Positions 45,462-54,900 of a stretch of DNA of 64,000 nt are shown one piece after another. The translations under genes and the position numbers were made by a program. The DNA is taken from contig DATKPR010000093.1 in the NCBI GenBank assembly GCA_035523985.1, positions 50,044-114,043 on the forward strand, written 5' to 3'. Position 1 is the first letter of the stretch, and each line of letters opens with the position of its first letter. The stretch is from Steroidobacteraceae bacterium. GTDB taxonomy: Bacteria > Pseudomonadota > Gammaproteobacteria > Steroidobacterales > Steroidobacteraceae. Below the pieces are notes generated by a model. The model saw only the letters and a program-made list of their open reading frames with translations. It ran no database searches and was not told the DNA's origin.

Positions 45462-46361
45462 TCAGTCGTACCAGCCGGGCGACTTCACGAGGTTCCTGAA
45501 CACCGTGGTGCTGTGGCCGATCCACAGCTGCGCATGCTTTTCCCTGAGGAAGCGCTCCATGGATTCCCGCGAGGCCGGCGTGCCGGTGGTCTCTTCCTCC
45601 TTCGGCATGCGCTTCAGGGTGCGCTCCTCGGCGTAGTGCCACAGGTCCCCGGAGAGCACCACGCCGCCGGTTCTGGCGAGCTTCACGTAGAGCGCCTGGT
45701 GGCCCGGGGTGTGTCCGGGGGTGAACTTGAGGATCACGGTCCCGTCGCCGAACACGTCGTGATCGCCGGCGAAGACCTCCTTCCTGGAGTGAGCGAGCGC
45801 GGAGTAAAGCGGCAGGTAGGCCGGATTCGCGCCCTTGCCGAACATGAAGTCGAGCTCCGCTTTCTGGGCGAGCCAGATCGAGCCCGCATAGTCGTTGGCG
45901 TTGCCGACGTGATCCCAGTGCGAGTGCGAGAGCGCCAGATACGTGATGTCGGCGGGGGTCACGCCGATGTCGGCGAGCGCACCGCGCAGCGTCGTGAAGC
46001 GCAGCTGCCCGTAGCCGCCGTCGACGTTCTCCCAGAGCGGCCGGCCGACGAGGCGATCGGAGAGCCCGGTATCGAAGAGCAGGATGCCGCGGGGGTGTAT
46101 GACGAGGTAGCAGGGCACGGCCATGTTGGTGTCTGCGACCTCATCGCGTGTCAGCTGGTAATCCTCGGGGCGGTTGTAGGTGAGGGTGCCGCAGTCGATC
46201 ACGTAGAGGCGCGGCGAGGTGACCTTGGGGAGCGGCGCGATCCCCGGCGGACGCGCGGCAGCGGCAGCCGGGGCGTCCGCGGCGAGTGCGGGTGCGCCCG
46301 GCAAACAGCCGAGCGCCAGCAGCAGCAAACAGGCAGGGAGCGGGGCTTTCATGGCGGACAT
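45462..46361 (-). CDS. secreted MBL-fold hydrolase, N-acyl-homoserine-lactonase-like family
   Basis: Signal MSAMKAPLPACLLLLALGCLPGAPALA. LYVIDCGTLTY, Zn motif LALSHSHWDHVGN, FTPGHTPGH. The stop lies 4 nt from the convergent receptor stop. Confidence 0.75.
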   Translation of the reverse strand: MSAMKAPLPACLLLLALGCLPGAPALAADAPAAAAARPPGIAPLPKVTSPRLYVIDCGTLTYNRPEDYQLTRDEVADTNMAVPCYLVIHPRGILLFDTGLSDRLVGRPLWENVDGGYGQLRFTTLRGALADIGVTPADITYLALSHSHWDHVGNANDYAGSIWLAQKAELDFMFGKGANPAYLPLYSALAHSRKEVFAGDHDVFGDGTVILKFTPGHTPGHQALYVKLARTGGVVLSGDLWHYAEERTLKRMPKEEETTGTPASRESMERFLREKHAQLWIGHSTTVFRNLVKSPGWYD

Positions 46362-46480
46362 TCCCTTCGGGAGCGTGTGGACGGGACGTGTCGCTGTTTC
46401 CAGACGCCGTGCCCCACGGAGCGCCCGGGACTATCGTCTGAGGCGCCGGGCCGCAAAAGGACTCGCGTACCAGGGGGCAT

Positions 46481-47905
46481 ATGAGCGTCGAAGCCAGTGA
46501 AACGCTGAGCGAAGTGTGGACCAGGTGGCAGGGACACGTCATCAACGGCGAGTTCCGCCTGGGGCGCTGCCTCGGCTGCTCGGATCACAGCGGGGTCTAC
46601 CTCACCCGCTCGGCGGCGATCGGCGGCGCGGACCTCGCGCTCAAGCTCGTTCCCACCAACCGTGCACTGGCGGAGCAGCTGCTGCCGCGCTGGAAGCGGG
46701 CGGGCACGCTGGCGCATCCGCACCTGCTGCGGCTCCTCGCCTGGGGCGGCTGTCAGCTCGAGGGTCTGCCCTACCTGTACCTCGTGATGGAGTACGCCGA
46801 CCAGACCCTGGCACAGCTGCTGGCGCACCGCGCGCTCGCGCCGCAGGAAGCGCGGCAGCTGCTCGTGCCGTCGCTGGATGCGCTCGCTTTCCTGCACGGT
46901 CAGAGTCTGGTGCAGGGGCAGCTGAAACCCACCAACATCCTGGTCGTCGGCGAGCATCTCAGGCTCGCGAGCGACACCATCCGCCGGACCGGCGAGGGCG
47001 CCATCAGCACCCACGCGCTCACCCCCTACGATCCACCGGAGGGGCGGCAGGGACACACCTCGCCGGCGGGGGACGTCTGGGCGCTCGGGGTCACGCTGTT
47101 CGAAGCCCTGACCCGGCGGCTGCCTGCGGCGGCGGGTGAGGGGGGCGGCGAGCTGTCGACGCCGCCCGAGCTCGAGGAGGATCTGCGCGCGCTGGTGATT
47201 CGCTGTCTGAGCGCCGATCCCCGCCGCCGTCCGGGCGTCCGCGAACTCGCGGGGCAGACCGCCGCGCCGGAACCGGTCGCTTTGCCGGAGCGCGGCGCGG
47301 CGCCCGTCGCTGCAGAGCCCGCAGTGACTGCAGAGCCCGCGGTGAGCGCGGACCGCGCGATGACCGCTGAGCGTGCTGCCCCGCCGGCCGCGGCTGAGCC
47401 GTCTGCGTTGCCGCACACCCGGCGACTCGCCTTACTCGGTGCGGTCGCGACAGCCGCCGTGCTCTTCACTCTGTTGCGCTGGCTGAGCCACTCTTCCGCG
47501 CCGGCGACGGCGGTCAGCGCGCGCGCCGTGGCCGCCGCGCCGGCACCCCCGAGCACGGCGCCCGCCATCGGCACCGGCGCGAAAGCCGCGCGGCCCGAGG
47601 CGGCGGCTGCGCCGGTGGCGCTGCAGCAGGTGATACCGCAGGTGCCGCTCGGCGCCCGCCGGACCATCCACGGGCACATCAAGGTCTCGGTGCGCGTGGT
47701 CGTCGATGCCGACGGGTCGGTGTTCGCCGCGGTTCCCGATCGCGCCGGGCCGAGCCCATACTTCCGGCGGCTCGCGGTCGAGGCGGCGAAGAAGTGGACT
47801 TTCCCGCCGGTGACGGGGTCGACGCGACGCATCATGCAGGTGCAGTTCGACTTCAGCCGGGACGGCACGACGGGGCGCGCGCGCCCTGTTATCGTGCCCG
47901 GATGA
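46481..47905 (+). CDS. membrane-spanning pseudokinase: degenerate Ser/Thr-kinase-like cytoplasmic domain, one TM, periplasmic TonB-C-like domain
   Basis: Kinase-fold landmarks are retained (LALKLV, KPTNILV, PYDPPE, GDVWALGVTLFEAL, DPRRRP). However, HRD is replaced by QGQ, DFG by SDT, and the Gly loop is disrupted. TM: LALLGAVATAAVLFTLLRWL. C-terminus IHGHIKVSVRVVVDADGSVFAA...LAVEAAKKWTFPP resembles TonB_C. Confidence 0.75.
   Translation: MSVEASETLSEVWTRWQGHVINGEFRLGRCLGCSDHSGVYLTRSAAIGGADLALKLVPTNRALAEQLLPRWKRAGTLAHPHLLRLLAWGGCQLEGLPYLYLVMEYADQTLAQLLAHRALAPQEARQLLVPSLDALAFLHGQSLVQGQLKPTNILVVGEHLRLASDTIRRTGEGAISTHALTPYDPPEGRQGHTSPAGDVWALGVTLFEALTRRLPAAAGEGGGELSTPPELEEDLRALVIRCLSADPRRRPGVRELAGQTAAPEPVALPERGAAPVAAEPAVTAEPAVSADRAMTAERAAPPAAAEPSALPHTRRLALLGAVATAAVLFTLLRWLSHSSAPATAVSARAVAAAPAPPSTAPAIGTGAKAARPEAAAAPVALQQVIPQVPLGARRTIHGHIKVSVRVVVDADGSVFAAVPDRAGPSPYFRRLAVEAAKKWTFPPVTGSTRRIMQVQFDFSRDGTTGRARPVIVPG
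47312..47347. repeat. 2 x 18-bp in-frame tandem repeat in the pseudokinase linker
   Basis: gcagagcccgcagtgact / gcagagcccgcggtgagc, encoding AEPAVT/AEPAVS. Confidence 0.7.
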
Positions 47906-48309
47906 AACCGATCCCGACCGGCGCCAGCGGCAGCTATCGACTGCACGTCGAGTTCCGGTATCTGGCGAACACCTTCAAGGACAGTATCCTGCCGCCGGTG
48001 TTCTCGACCCCATACCTCGTCCTCATCATGGAGAATGCCGCGCTGAACGCGGTCCGGGAGTACCTCGAGGCGGGTGAGAGCGCCGTCGGTACGCGCGTCG
48101 ATGTGCGCCATCTCGTGGCGACGCCCGCCGGGCGTGACGTCGAGGGGAGGGCGGAGGTCACCGGCACCGAGGGGCGGAAGATCTTCTTTCGCGTCTGGGC
48201 GCTCGACGGTGCCGAGGAGATCGGCGTCGGTACGCACGAGCGCACGGTGGTGAGCACCGCGCGCATCATCGAGCGCATGACCGAGAAGTACGGTCCGCCG
48301 CCAGGCTAA
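47902..48309 (+). CDS. hotdog-fold thioesterase of the FlK (fluoroacetyl-CoA thioesterase-like) family
   Basis: The ATG at 47902 overlaps the pseudokinase stop (ATGA). VFSTPYLVLIMENAALNAV...VDVRHLVATPAG...EIGVGTHERTVV aligns with the FlK Thr/Glu/His catalytic positions as I recall them. Confidence 0.7.
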   Translation: MKPIPTGASGSYRLHVEFRYLANTFKDSILPPVFSTPYLVLIMENAALNAVREYLEAGESAVGTRVDVRHLVATPAGRDVEGRAEVTGTEGRKIFFRVWALDGAEEIGVGTHERTVVSTARIIERMTEKYGPPPG

Positions 48310-48683
48310 GGGCCGCCGGCGGCCAGGAAGCGGCCGATCTGACGGCCGAATGCGCGCGTGTCGATCGGCTTGGTGATGTAGCCGGCGCACCCCGCCGCGA
48401 GCGCCCGTTCCTCGTCGCCCCGCATCGCCGAGGCGGTCAGCGCGACGATGGGGACGTGACTGAAGCGGCTCCCGGCCTTCAGCCGCCGCGTAAAGGCGAG
48501 GCCGTCCATGCCCGGCAGGGCGATGTCCATCAGGATGAGATCCGGAACCTGTTGCTCGAGGATGCGCTGCGCCTGCTCGGCGTCCTGGGCGGTGTCCACG
48601 GCATACCCTTCGCTCAGGAGAACATCGGAGGCGAGCTTGAGGTTGGTGGGATTGTCGTCCACGATCAGGACGCGCGCGCTCAT
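48306..48683 (-). CDS. single-domain CheY-like response regulator
   Basis: [13 protein letters not shown], phospho-acceptor context [13 protein letters not shown], and TASAM...GYITKP. Its start overlaps the upstream kinase stop (ATGA). Confidence 0.9.
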   Translation of the reverse strand: MSARVLIVDDNPTNLKLASDVLLSEGYAVDTAQDAEQAQRILEQQVPDLILMDIALPGMDGLAFTRRLKAGSRFSHVPIVALTASAMRGDEERALAAGCAGYITKPIDTRAFGRQIGRFLAAGGP

Positions 48684-50563
48684 GGCGAGGCCTCCCGGGC
48701 TGCGCCCGGCGCAGCCGCCGGCAGCGGCAGCGACACCGTGAAGGTGCTGCCCTGGCCGCGCTCGCTCTCCACCGCGATCCCGCCACCCTGCACCTCGACC
48801 AGCTTGCGGGTCAGCGCCAGGCCGAGGCCCGTACCCTCGAAGCGCCGCGCGGCACTCGAGTCGAGCTGCTGAAACTCGACGAACAGCTTCTCGATGTCCT
48901 CGCTGCGGATGCCGATACCCCGGTCGCGCACGCTGACGCGCAGCGCGCCGTCGCACTGGGTGGCCGTGACCGAGACTTCTCCGCCGTCGTTGCTGAATTT
49001 GACCGCGTTGGAGATGAGGTTATAGAGCACCTGGATGAACTTCTGCCGGTCGAGCGTGACCTCGCCGGGAGCGGCGGATATGTCGCGGCGGATCGCGATG
49101 CCTTTGGCGGCCGCGGTTTGCGCGATGGCGGTACAGACCTCGTCGACCGCCCGCCGGATGGGGAAACGCTCGGCGCGCACTTCCATCCTGCCGGCTTCGA
49201 TCTTGGAGAGATCGAGCACGTCGTTGATGAGCTGCAGCAGGTGGCGGCCGCTGTTGAGCACGTCGCCGAGGTACTCCTTCTGCTTGGCGTTGAGCGGACC
49301 GGCTTTCTCGTCGATGAGGAATTCGGAGAAGCCGATCACGGCGTTGAGCGGTGTGCGCAGCTCGTGCGACATGTTGGCAAGAAACACGCTCTTGAGGCGA
49401 TTGGCCTCCTGCAGGCCCTGCTCGTAGCGCCTGCGCGCGGTGGCGTCGCGGATGGCGCTCGACACGAACATGCCTTCCTCGGTCTCGAGCGGACTCAGGC
49501 TGATCTCGACCGGGAACTCCGTGCCATCGCGGCGCAGGCCGAAGAGCTCGAGGCCGGCGCCCATCGCGCGCGCGCGCGGCTGCGCGAAGAACCCGCCGCG
49601 GTGCTCGGGGTGCTTGCCGCGGAAACGCTCGGGCACGAGCACCTCGACCGGGCGGCCGAGGAGCTCGGTGCGCTGATAACCGAAGAGCTTCTCGGTCTGC
49701 GAGTTGATGAGCGCGATGCGGCCGTCGCGCCCGACGATCACCATCGCATCGGGCGCCGATTCGAGCAGCCCGCGGAACTTCTGCTCCGCCTTCTGCCGCT
49801 CGGAGACGTCGCGCACTGCGCTCATCACCATGGTGCCCTCGTTGGTGACGAGCGGGCTCAGGCTGATCTCGACCGGGAACTCCTCGCCGTTGCTGCGCAG
49901 CCCGTAGAGGTCGAGTCCGGCACCCATGGTGCGGGTGCGCGGCTGGCTGAAGAAGCCGCCGCGATGGGCATTGTGTGCCGCGCGAAAGCGCTCGGGCAGC
50001 AGCATCTCGACCGGCTTTCCGACCAGCTGGGTGCGCGAGTAGCCGAACACCGTCTCGGCCTGGGAGTTGACCAGGACGATCCGTCCGGTGACGTTGACCA
50101 TGATGATCGCGTCGGGCGTCGACTCGAGCAGGTTACGGAACTGCGCCTCGAGCAGCTTGGCGTCGCGCATGACCTTCAGCTGCGTCACGTCCTTGATGGT
50201 CGAGAGCACGAGAGGTCCCGCGCCGGTGTCCGGCACGGTGCGTTGCGAGACGTTGACGTGCACGAGCGAGCCGTCCTTGCGGCGGCGCACGGTCTCGAAG
50301 ACCGGCTCGACCGGCTCGCCGGCCGGGGTCGCGGGCGTGCGCACGTCGCTGCGCGGCTCCGGCACCGAGATGAGGTCGCTGAGGCGCCGGCCGAGCGCTT
50401 CCGCGCGCGTGTAGCCGAACAGGGCTTCGGCCGCGGCATTCCATAACACCACGGCGCCCTCGCCGGTGACGGCAACCACCGCATCCGGCGTGTCCCACAG
50501 CAGCCGCCGCGCCAGCTCGGCCTCGAGCGTGCCGATGTCCCCGGGTGCGTCCATGAGCGTCAC
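48680..50563 (-). CDS. cytoplasmic PAS-PAS-PAS sensor histidine kinase (HisKA plus HATPase_c)
   Basis: Three PAS modules, an H-box [22 protein letters not shown]-box and G-boxes ([17 protein letters not shown]). No TM segment. Confidence 0.9.
   Translation of the reverse strand: MTLMDAPGDIGTLEAELARRLLWDTPDAVVAVTGEGAVVLWNAAAEALFGYTRAEALGRRLSDLISVPEPRSDVRTPATPAGEPVEPVFETVRRRKDGSLVHVNVSQRTVPDTGAGPLVLSTIKDVTQLKVMRDAKLLEAQFRNLLESTPDAIIMVNVTGRIVLVNSQAETVFGYSRTQLVGKPVEMLLPERFRAAHNAHRGGFFSQPRTRTMGAGLDLYGLRSNGEEFPVEISLSPLVTNEGTMVMSAVRDVSERQKAEQKFRGLLESAPDAMVIVGRDGRIALINSQTEKLFGYQRTELLGRPVEVLVPERFRGKHPEHRGGFFAQPRARAMGAGLELFGLRRDGTEFPVEISLSPLETEEGMFVSSAIRDATARRRYEQGLQEANRLKSVFLANMSHELRTPLNAVIGFSEFLIDEKAGPLNAKQKEYLGDVLNSGRHLLQLINDVLDLSKIEAGRMEVRAERFPIRRAVDEVCTAIAQTAAAKGIAIRRDISAAPGEVTLDRQKFIQVLYNLISNAVKFSNDGGEVSVTATQCDGALRVSVRDRGIGIRSEDIEKLFVEFQQLDSSAARRFEGTGLGLALTRKLVEVQGGGIAVESERGQGSTFTVSLPLPAAAPGAAREASP
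49415..50143. repeat. internal tandem duplication of about 365 bp (PAS2/PAS3 modules of the kinase)
   Basis: Residues about 141-261 and 262-383 align along their length. Example: [60 protein letters not shown] against [60 protein letters not shown]. Confidence 0.7.
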
Positions 50564-50592
50564 TCTCCCGGCGGGCGCCGCCCGCCTCGCGG

Positions 50593-53373
50593 CTAATTCG
50601 CGGCGGCGCGCAGGTACTCCGCCATTTTCTCGTAGGGCAGGGGATGACTCACCAGGTACCCCTGCATCTGATCGCAGTGCAGCAGGCGCAGTATCTTGGC
50701 CTGCTCCTCGGACTCCACGCCCTCGGCGACGGTCCTGAGGCGCAGCGTATGCGCGAGCGAGATGACCGTCGAGACCAGCGTCATGGAGCTCGGGTCATCG
50801 AGCATCGTCACCACGAAGGAGCGGTCGATCTTGATGCTCTCCACCGGGAGCTTCGCGAGGTAGGCGAGCGAGGAGTAACCGGTGCCGAAATCGTCGAGCG
50901 CGATGCCGACGCCGAGCGCGCGGATGCGCGCCAGCTTCTCGATGTTGTCGGCGACGTCCTTCATCAGCAGACTCTCGGTCACCTCGATGTCGATGCCGCC
51001 GTGCGGCCCGGCGAACGCCAGCGCCGCGGAGACCGAGTCGACGAAATCCGCGCGCCGCAGCTGCGCGCTCGACACGTTCACGGCGATGCGCGGCGCGGGC
51101 AGTCCCGCCTCGATCAGCCGCGCGCGATCGAGGCTCGCCTGGCGCAACGCCCACACGCCCGCCTCGGTGATGAGACCGGTCTCCTCCATCAGCGAGATGA
51201 AGGTCGCCGGCATCACCAGCCCGCGCTGCGGATGCTGCCAGCGCATCAGGGCCTCGAGTCCGGTCAGCCGGCGCGTATCGAGGTCGACTTTGGGCTGGTA
51301 GTAGAGCAGCAGCTCGTTGTTCTCCAGCGCGCGCCGCAGACTGTTCTCGAGCGCGCGCCGCTCCTGCAGCGTGCGGCTCAACTGCGGGGTATAGAAGGCG
51401 TAAGCCGCCTGGGTCATCTTCGCGGTCTTGAGGGCGGCCTCGGCGCTGCGCAGCAGCGTGGCCGCATCCGCGCCGTCGCTCGGATAGAGCGCCACACCGG
51501 CCTTGAGGCTCGGCGCCGGCAGCTGGCGGTCGCTCTCGGCCCACGGCGAGGTCCACTCCGTCAGCCAGCGCTCCACGGTGCGCGTGATGTCCATGACGTC
51601 CTGCGGCCACGGGATCAGCACCGCGAACTCATCCGCGCCGCAGCGTGCCACATAGGCGGCGTCGCCGGCGCTGCGCACCGCGCGCTCGGCGAACTCCCGC
51701 AGCACCTCGTCGCCGCCGAGTCTCCCCAGGCTCTCGTTCAGCCAGTCGAAATCCTCGAGATCGACGATGAGCAGCGCGAACAGATTCTGCGAATGGTTCA
51801 GGCCGCGAATGTGCTGCGCCAGGCGCTCGAGCAGAAAGGTGCGGTTGGCGAGTCCGGTGAGCGCGTCGTAATAGGCGAGGTAGTTGAGCCGCTCGGCCTT
51901 GTCGATGTGATCGAGCGCGAAGGAGATATCGCCGCCGAGTTCCTCGAGCAGGCGCATCTCGGCGCGATCGAAGACGCCGGGCTCGTCCGACACCAGCAGC
52001 AGGCAGCCGACGCCCTCGCCCCCCACGATGAGCGGCAGCGCGGCGAAACCCCGGGCGCCGTGGGCGTGGAACGCGCGCAGCAGCGGATACTGCAGCGCCT
52101 CGCCCGCGAGCTCGTTGAATACCGCCGACTGCCGCGAGCCGATGACGCGTGCCAGGAGCGGATACTGCGTAAGATCGAGCCGGCCGTCCTGGACCGGGTC
52201 GGCGACCTGCGGCGGCCAGCCCCCGGCGACCGCCGACTGGGCGCCGGGCCCGATCCGGTCCGTGAGCCCGCACCAGGCGGCTCTGAATCCGCCCTGCTCG
52301 ACGGCGATGCGGCACGACTCGCGCAGCAGCTGCTCGCGGTCGGTCGCCCGCACCAGCAGCGAGTTGATGCCGCTCAGCATGGCGTAGACGCGATTCAGCC
52401 GCAGAACGTCGTGGTAGAGGGCGCCGTTCTCGTAGACACGTCCCACCTGCGCGCCGAGTATCGTGAGCAGCTGTTCGTCCTCGGCACTGAATTCCTCCGC
52501 GCCGATCTTGTCCGCCAGACACAGCCAGCCGTAGGTCCGGGTGAGCGAGGAGATCGGCACCGCGAGCAGGGAGTGGGGGGGCGGGTAGGCGGCCGGCAGG
52601 CCGGGTGCGAGCGCCACGCCGTTCGCGGCGCGCAGCCGCCACACGCGCCGGGCGGCGAAGACCTCCCCGAGCAGGCCTTCGGTGAGGGACAGCGGCGGCT
52701 CGCCTCCGGGAGCGAGCTCGATTCCGCTGTGGCACTCGATCAACGGCCGGCCGCGCACCTTCTGCTCGGCGGCGAGCACCGCGTAGCTCGCGCCGAGGAG
52801 GTTGCGCGCACCGCTGCACACCTGCTGCAGGAGCTCGGCAGGGTCGCGCTCGGAGGCGAGCTGGACGTTGAGGCTGGTGAGGGCGGACAGGCGCGCGTTC
52901 GCACCGTGCAGCTCGTCGGCCTTCTGCGCGAGCTTGTCGGTCAGCAGCCGCAGGTGCTCGACATCGAACCCCTGGTCGACTTCGCGCGCGCGCGGTGGCG
53001 GGCCGCTGCCCGAGAGCGTCTGCGTGACCGCGCCGAGCATCTCGGCTCGCGCGGCAGGCTTCAGCAGCACGCGGTGCACCCCGCAGCGTCTCGCGAGCCC
53101 CAGGGCCTCGTGCTGGTGGTAGTCGGCGGTATAGAAGATGACGGCCAGATCGCCGAGGCCGGGCTCGGCGCGCAGCCGCCGCACGAACTCGTAGCCGTCC
53201 ATGGTCGGCATCAGGATGTCGGAGATCACGACGTCCGGGCGCTCGCGGCGCGCCGCCGCGAGTCCATCCGAGCCGTCAGCTGCCTCGACGGTGAGGTATC
53301 CCTCGGCGCTCAGCCAGGTAACGAGCAGCTTGCGGTTCGTCGCGTTGTCATCGACCACCAGTATCTTGGTCAT
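50593..53373 (-). CDS. REC-GAF-GAF-GGDEF-EAL c-di-GMP turnover protein (non-canonical GADEF motif, intact EAL)
   Basis: REC: [30 protein letters not shown] domain: [11 protein letters not shown] with A-site RCGADEF. EAL: [43 protein letters not shown]. Confidence 0.9.
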   Translation of the reverse strand: MTKILVVDDNATNRKLLVTWLSAEGYLTVEAADGSDGLAAARRERPDVVISDILMPTMDGYEFVRRLRAEPGLGDLAVIFYTADYHQHEALGLARRCGVHRVLLKPAARAEMLGAVTQTLSGSGPPPRAREVDQGFDVEHLRLLTDKLAQKADELHGANARLSALTSLNVQLASERDPAELLQQVCSGARNLLGASYAVLAAEQKVRGRPLIECHSGIELAPGGEPPLSLTEGLLGEVFAARRVWRLRAANGVALAPGLPAAYPPPHSLLAVPISSLTRTYGWLCLADKIGAEEFSAEDEQLLTILGAQVGRVYENGALYHDVLRLNRVYAMLSGINSLLVRATDREQLLRESCRIAVEQGGFRAAWCGLTDRIGPGAQSAVAGGWPPQVADPVQDGRLDLTQYPLLARVIGSRQSAVFNELAGEALQYPLLRAFHAHGARGFAALPLIVGGEGVGCLLLVSDEPGVFDRAEMRLLEELGGDISFALDHIDKAERLNYLAYYDALTGLANRTFLLERLAQHIRGLNHSQNLFALLIVDLEDFDWLNESLGRLGGDEVLREFAERAVRSAGDAAYVARCGADEFAVLIPWPQDVMDITRTVERWLTEWTSPWAESDRQLPAPSLKAGVALYPSDGADAATLLRSAEAALKTAKMTQAAYAFYTPQLSRTLQERRALENSLRRALENNELLLYYQPKVDLDTRRLTGLEALMRWQHPQRGLVMPATFISLMEETGLITEAGVWALRQASLDRARLIEAGLPAPRIAVNVSSAQLRRADFVDSVSAALAFAGPHGGIDIEVTESLLMKDVADNIEKLARIRALGVGIALDDFGTGYSSLAYLAKLPVESIKIDRSFVVTMLDDPSSMTLVSTVISLAHTLRLRTVAEGVESEEQAKILRLLHCDQMQGYLVSHPLPYEKMAEYLRAAAN

Positions 53374-53740
53374 GGCACGTCAGGTGGCGAATCTCTCCGC
53401 GTGCGAGCTCAAGGCGTGACGGCGCGCTGCGAGCGAGGCGGGGCCGCAGTCGCCGCCGCTCGCGCTCAGCGTGCAGGGGTCCAGAGGATCGTCGGGGAGT
53501 GGGGAATACGCGCATGGCACCGCCGCCGGCGCGCAGCGTCACGCCGCGAGGCCGGTCGTCTGCCCCGGGGACGCAGGCCCCCCGCATTGGCGTCCGACGC
53601 GTGGTCATCATTCCCTGACCGATATCGTTCTTCCCGCTGGACGCGCCGCTTGCGCCGGCGGTCGCACGTTTGCAAGCCATTCTGCGCGCGGGGTCAGACC
53701 GTGACAAGCGCCGCTCCCGGCGAGGCTGGCGGTGGCGGAA

Positions 53741-54379
53741 TCACGCGTCCGCCGCCGGATTGCCGCTGCCGCGCCGGAAATCCATGAACATGCGCACCAG
53801 CTGGGCGATCGAGTTCGCGCCCATTTTCCCCATGACGCGCGAGCGGTGCAGCTCCACGGTGCGGGTGCTGACGCCCATCTCCTGCGCCATGACCTTGCTG
53901 GCGAGGCCGCGCACGATGAGCTCGAGGACCTCGCGCTCGCGCGGGGTGAGCGAGGCGATGCGTTCGCGGATAGCATCCTGCTGGGCGAGCATGCGGCGGC
54001 TGCGCTGGTCGAGCTCGAGCGCCTCGCGGATGGTGGCGATCAGCTCCGAGTTACGAAAGGGCTTCTGCAGGTAGTTATAGGCGCCACGCCGCACCGCGGC
54101 CACGGCGCTCGCCACGTCGCCGTGGCCGGTGATGAAGATCACGGGGATCACCGCGCCGCGGCGATTGAGCTCGTCCTGCAGCTCGAGCCCGCTCATGCCC
54201 GGCATGAACAGATCGAGCACCAGGCAGCCGGGCTGGCGCGGGTCGTACTGCTCGAGGAACTTGCCGGCGGAGGGGAAGGCGCGGCAGATCACCCCGATCG
54301 ACTGCGCCAGCGCCTTGACGAGCGAGCGCAACGCCTCGTCGTCCTCGACTACGAACACTACCGGTTGCACCGCGCTCAT
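53741..54379 (-). CDS. FixJ/NarL-type response regulator (REC plus LuxR HTH)
   Basis: VFVVEDDEALRSL, LVLDLFMPGMSG, and LTPREREVLELIVRGLASKVMAQEMGVSTRTVELHRSRVMGKMG. The ATG at 54379 is preferred to the ORF-track start 54592. Confidence 0.9.
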   Translation of the reverse strand: MSAVQPVVFVVEDDEALRSLVKALAQSIGVICRAFPSAGKFLEQYDPRQPGCLVLDLFMPGMSGLELQDELNRRGAVIPVIFITGHGDVASAVAAVRRGAYNYLQKPFRNSELIATIREALELDQRSRRMLAQQDAIRERIASLTPREREVLELIVRGLASKVMAQEMGVSTRTVELHRSRVMGKMGANSIAQLVRMFMDFRRGSGNPAADA

Positions 54380-54835
54380 GCGACTCGCCCGCCGCAATCC
54401 GTTTGACGGCGCGCGCCAGCGCATCCTACCCCGATTCGCGCCGCGGCAAAGCCCCCCGGGGAGGGGCCTGAAGCCGCAGGCGGCCGGGGTCCCCGGGTTT
54501 GTGAGCCGCATCACGCATGATTTGCGGTGCTTACATATGCCGTCGCGGTCGCTGCGAGCAGTAAAGCCGCGTCCACGCTGGCACGCTGCCACCCACAGAT
54601 CGCGTAGCGCGATTGGCGGGCAGGGCGAAAGTCATGGCACGGCAGAAGACGCTCCCACTGTTCTACTCAGGGACACACTCGGGCCGTTGGGCGCGCGCCG
54701 CAAGGGAAGCGGCCGCGCCGGCGGAGCCGGCCGGCGAGTGCCGCAGGCAGTGGCAAGGAATCTCCAGCCGCAATGATTCGGCCCGCAGGGAAAGCCAAAG
54801 GGACCTGACGCGCTAAGGGCCAGGGAGGGCCCCAT

Positions 54836-54865
54836 CCGGCGCAGCGCCGCGCGGTGCTGCGCCGG
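54836..54865 (+). promoter_or_regulatory. stem-loop in the 5' leader of the PAS-GAF-GGDEF-EAL gene
   Basis: ccggcgcagc-(10 nt)-gctgcgccgg: a 10-bp perfect stem ending 35 nt before ATG 54901. Confidence 0.25.
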
Positions 54866-54900
54866 ATGCGCGCTCTGTACCGCCGCGCCGAGGGTCTCGC

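Noticed and set aside
50593-53373. Calling the GADEF variant definitely inactive as a cyclase
   Set aside because: Only one Gly of the motif is changed, and the surrounding metal and substrate residues look present. Inactivity cannot be concluded from sequence alone, so it is reported only as non-canonical.
53348-53707. 119-aa minus-strand ORF in the long intergenic region
   Set aside because: The composition is Arg/Gly/Pro-rich. There is no ribosome-binding site or domain, and it overlaps the start of the downstream gene. It is treated as non-coding leader.
50644-53787. 1047-aa plus-strand ORF
   Set aside because: It is antisense to the REC-GAF-GGDEF-EAL gene. The composition is dominated by R, A, G, E and L with no motifs, so it is a GC-driven artefact.
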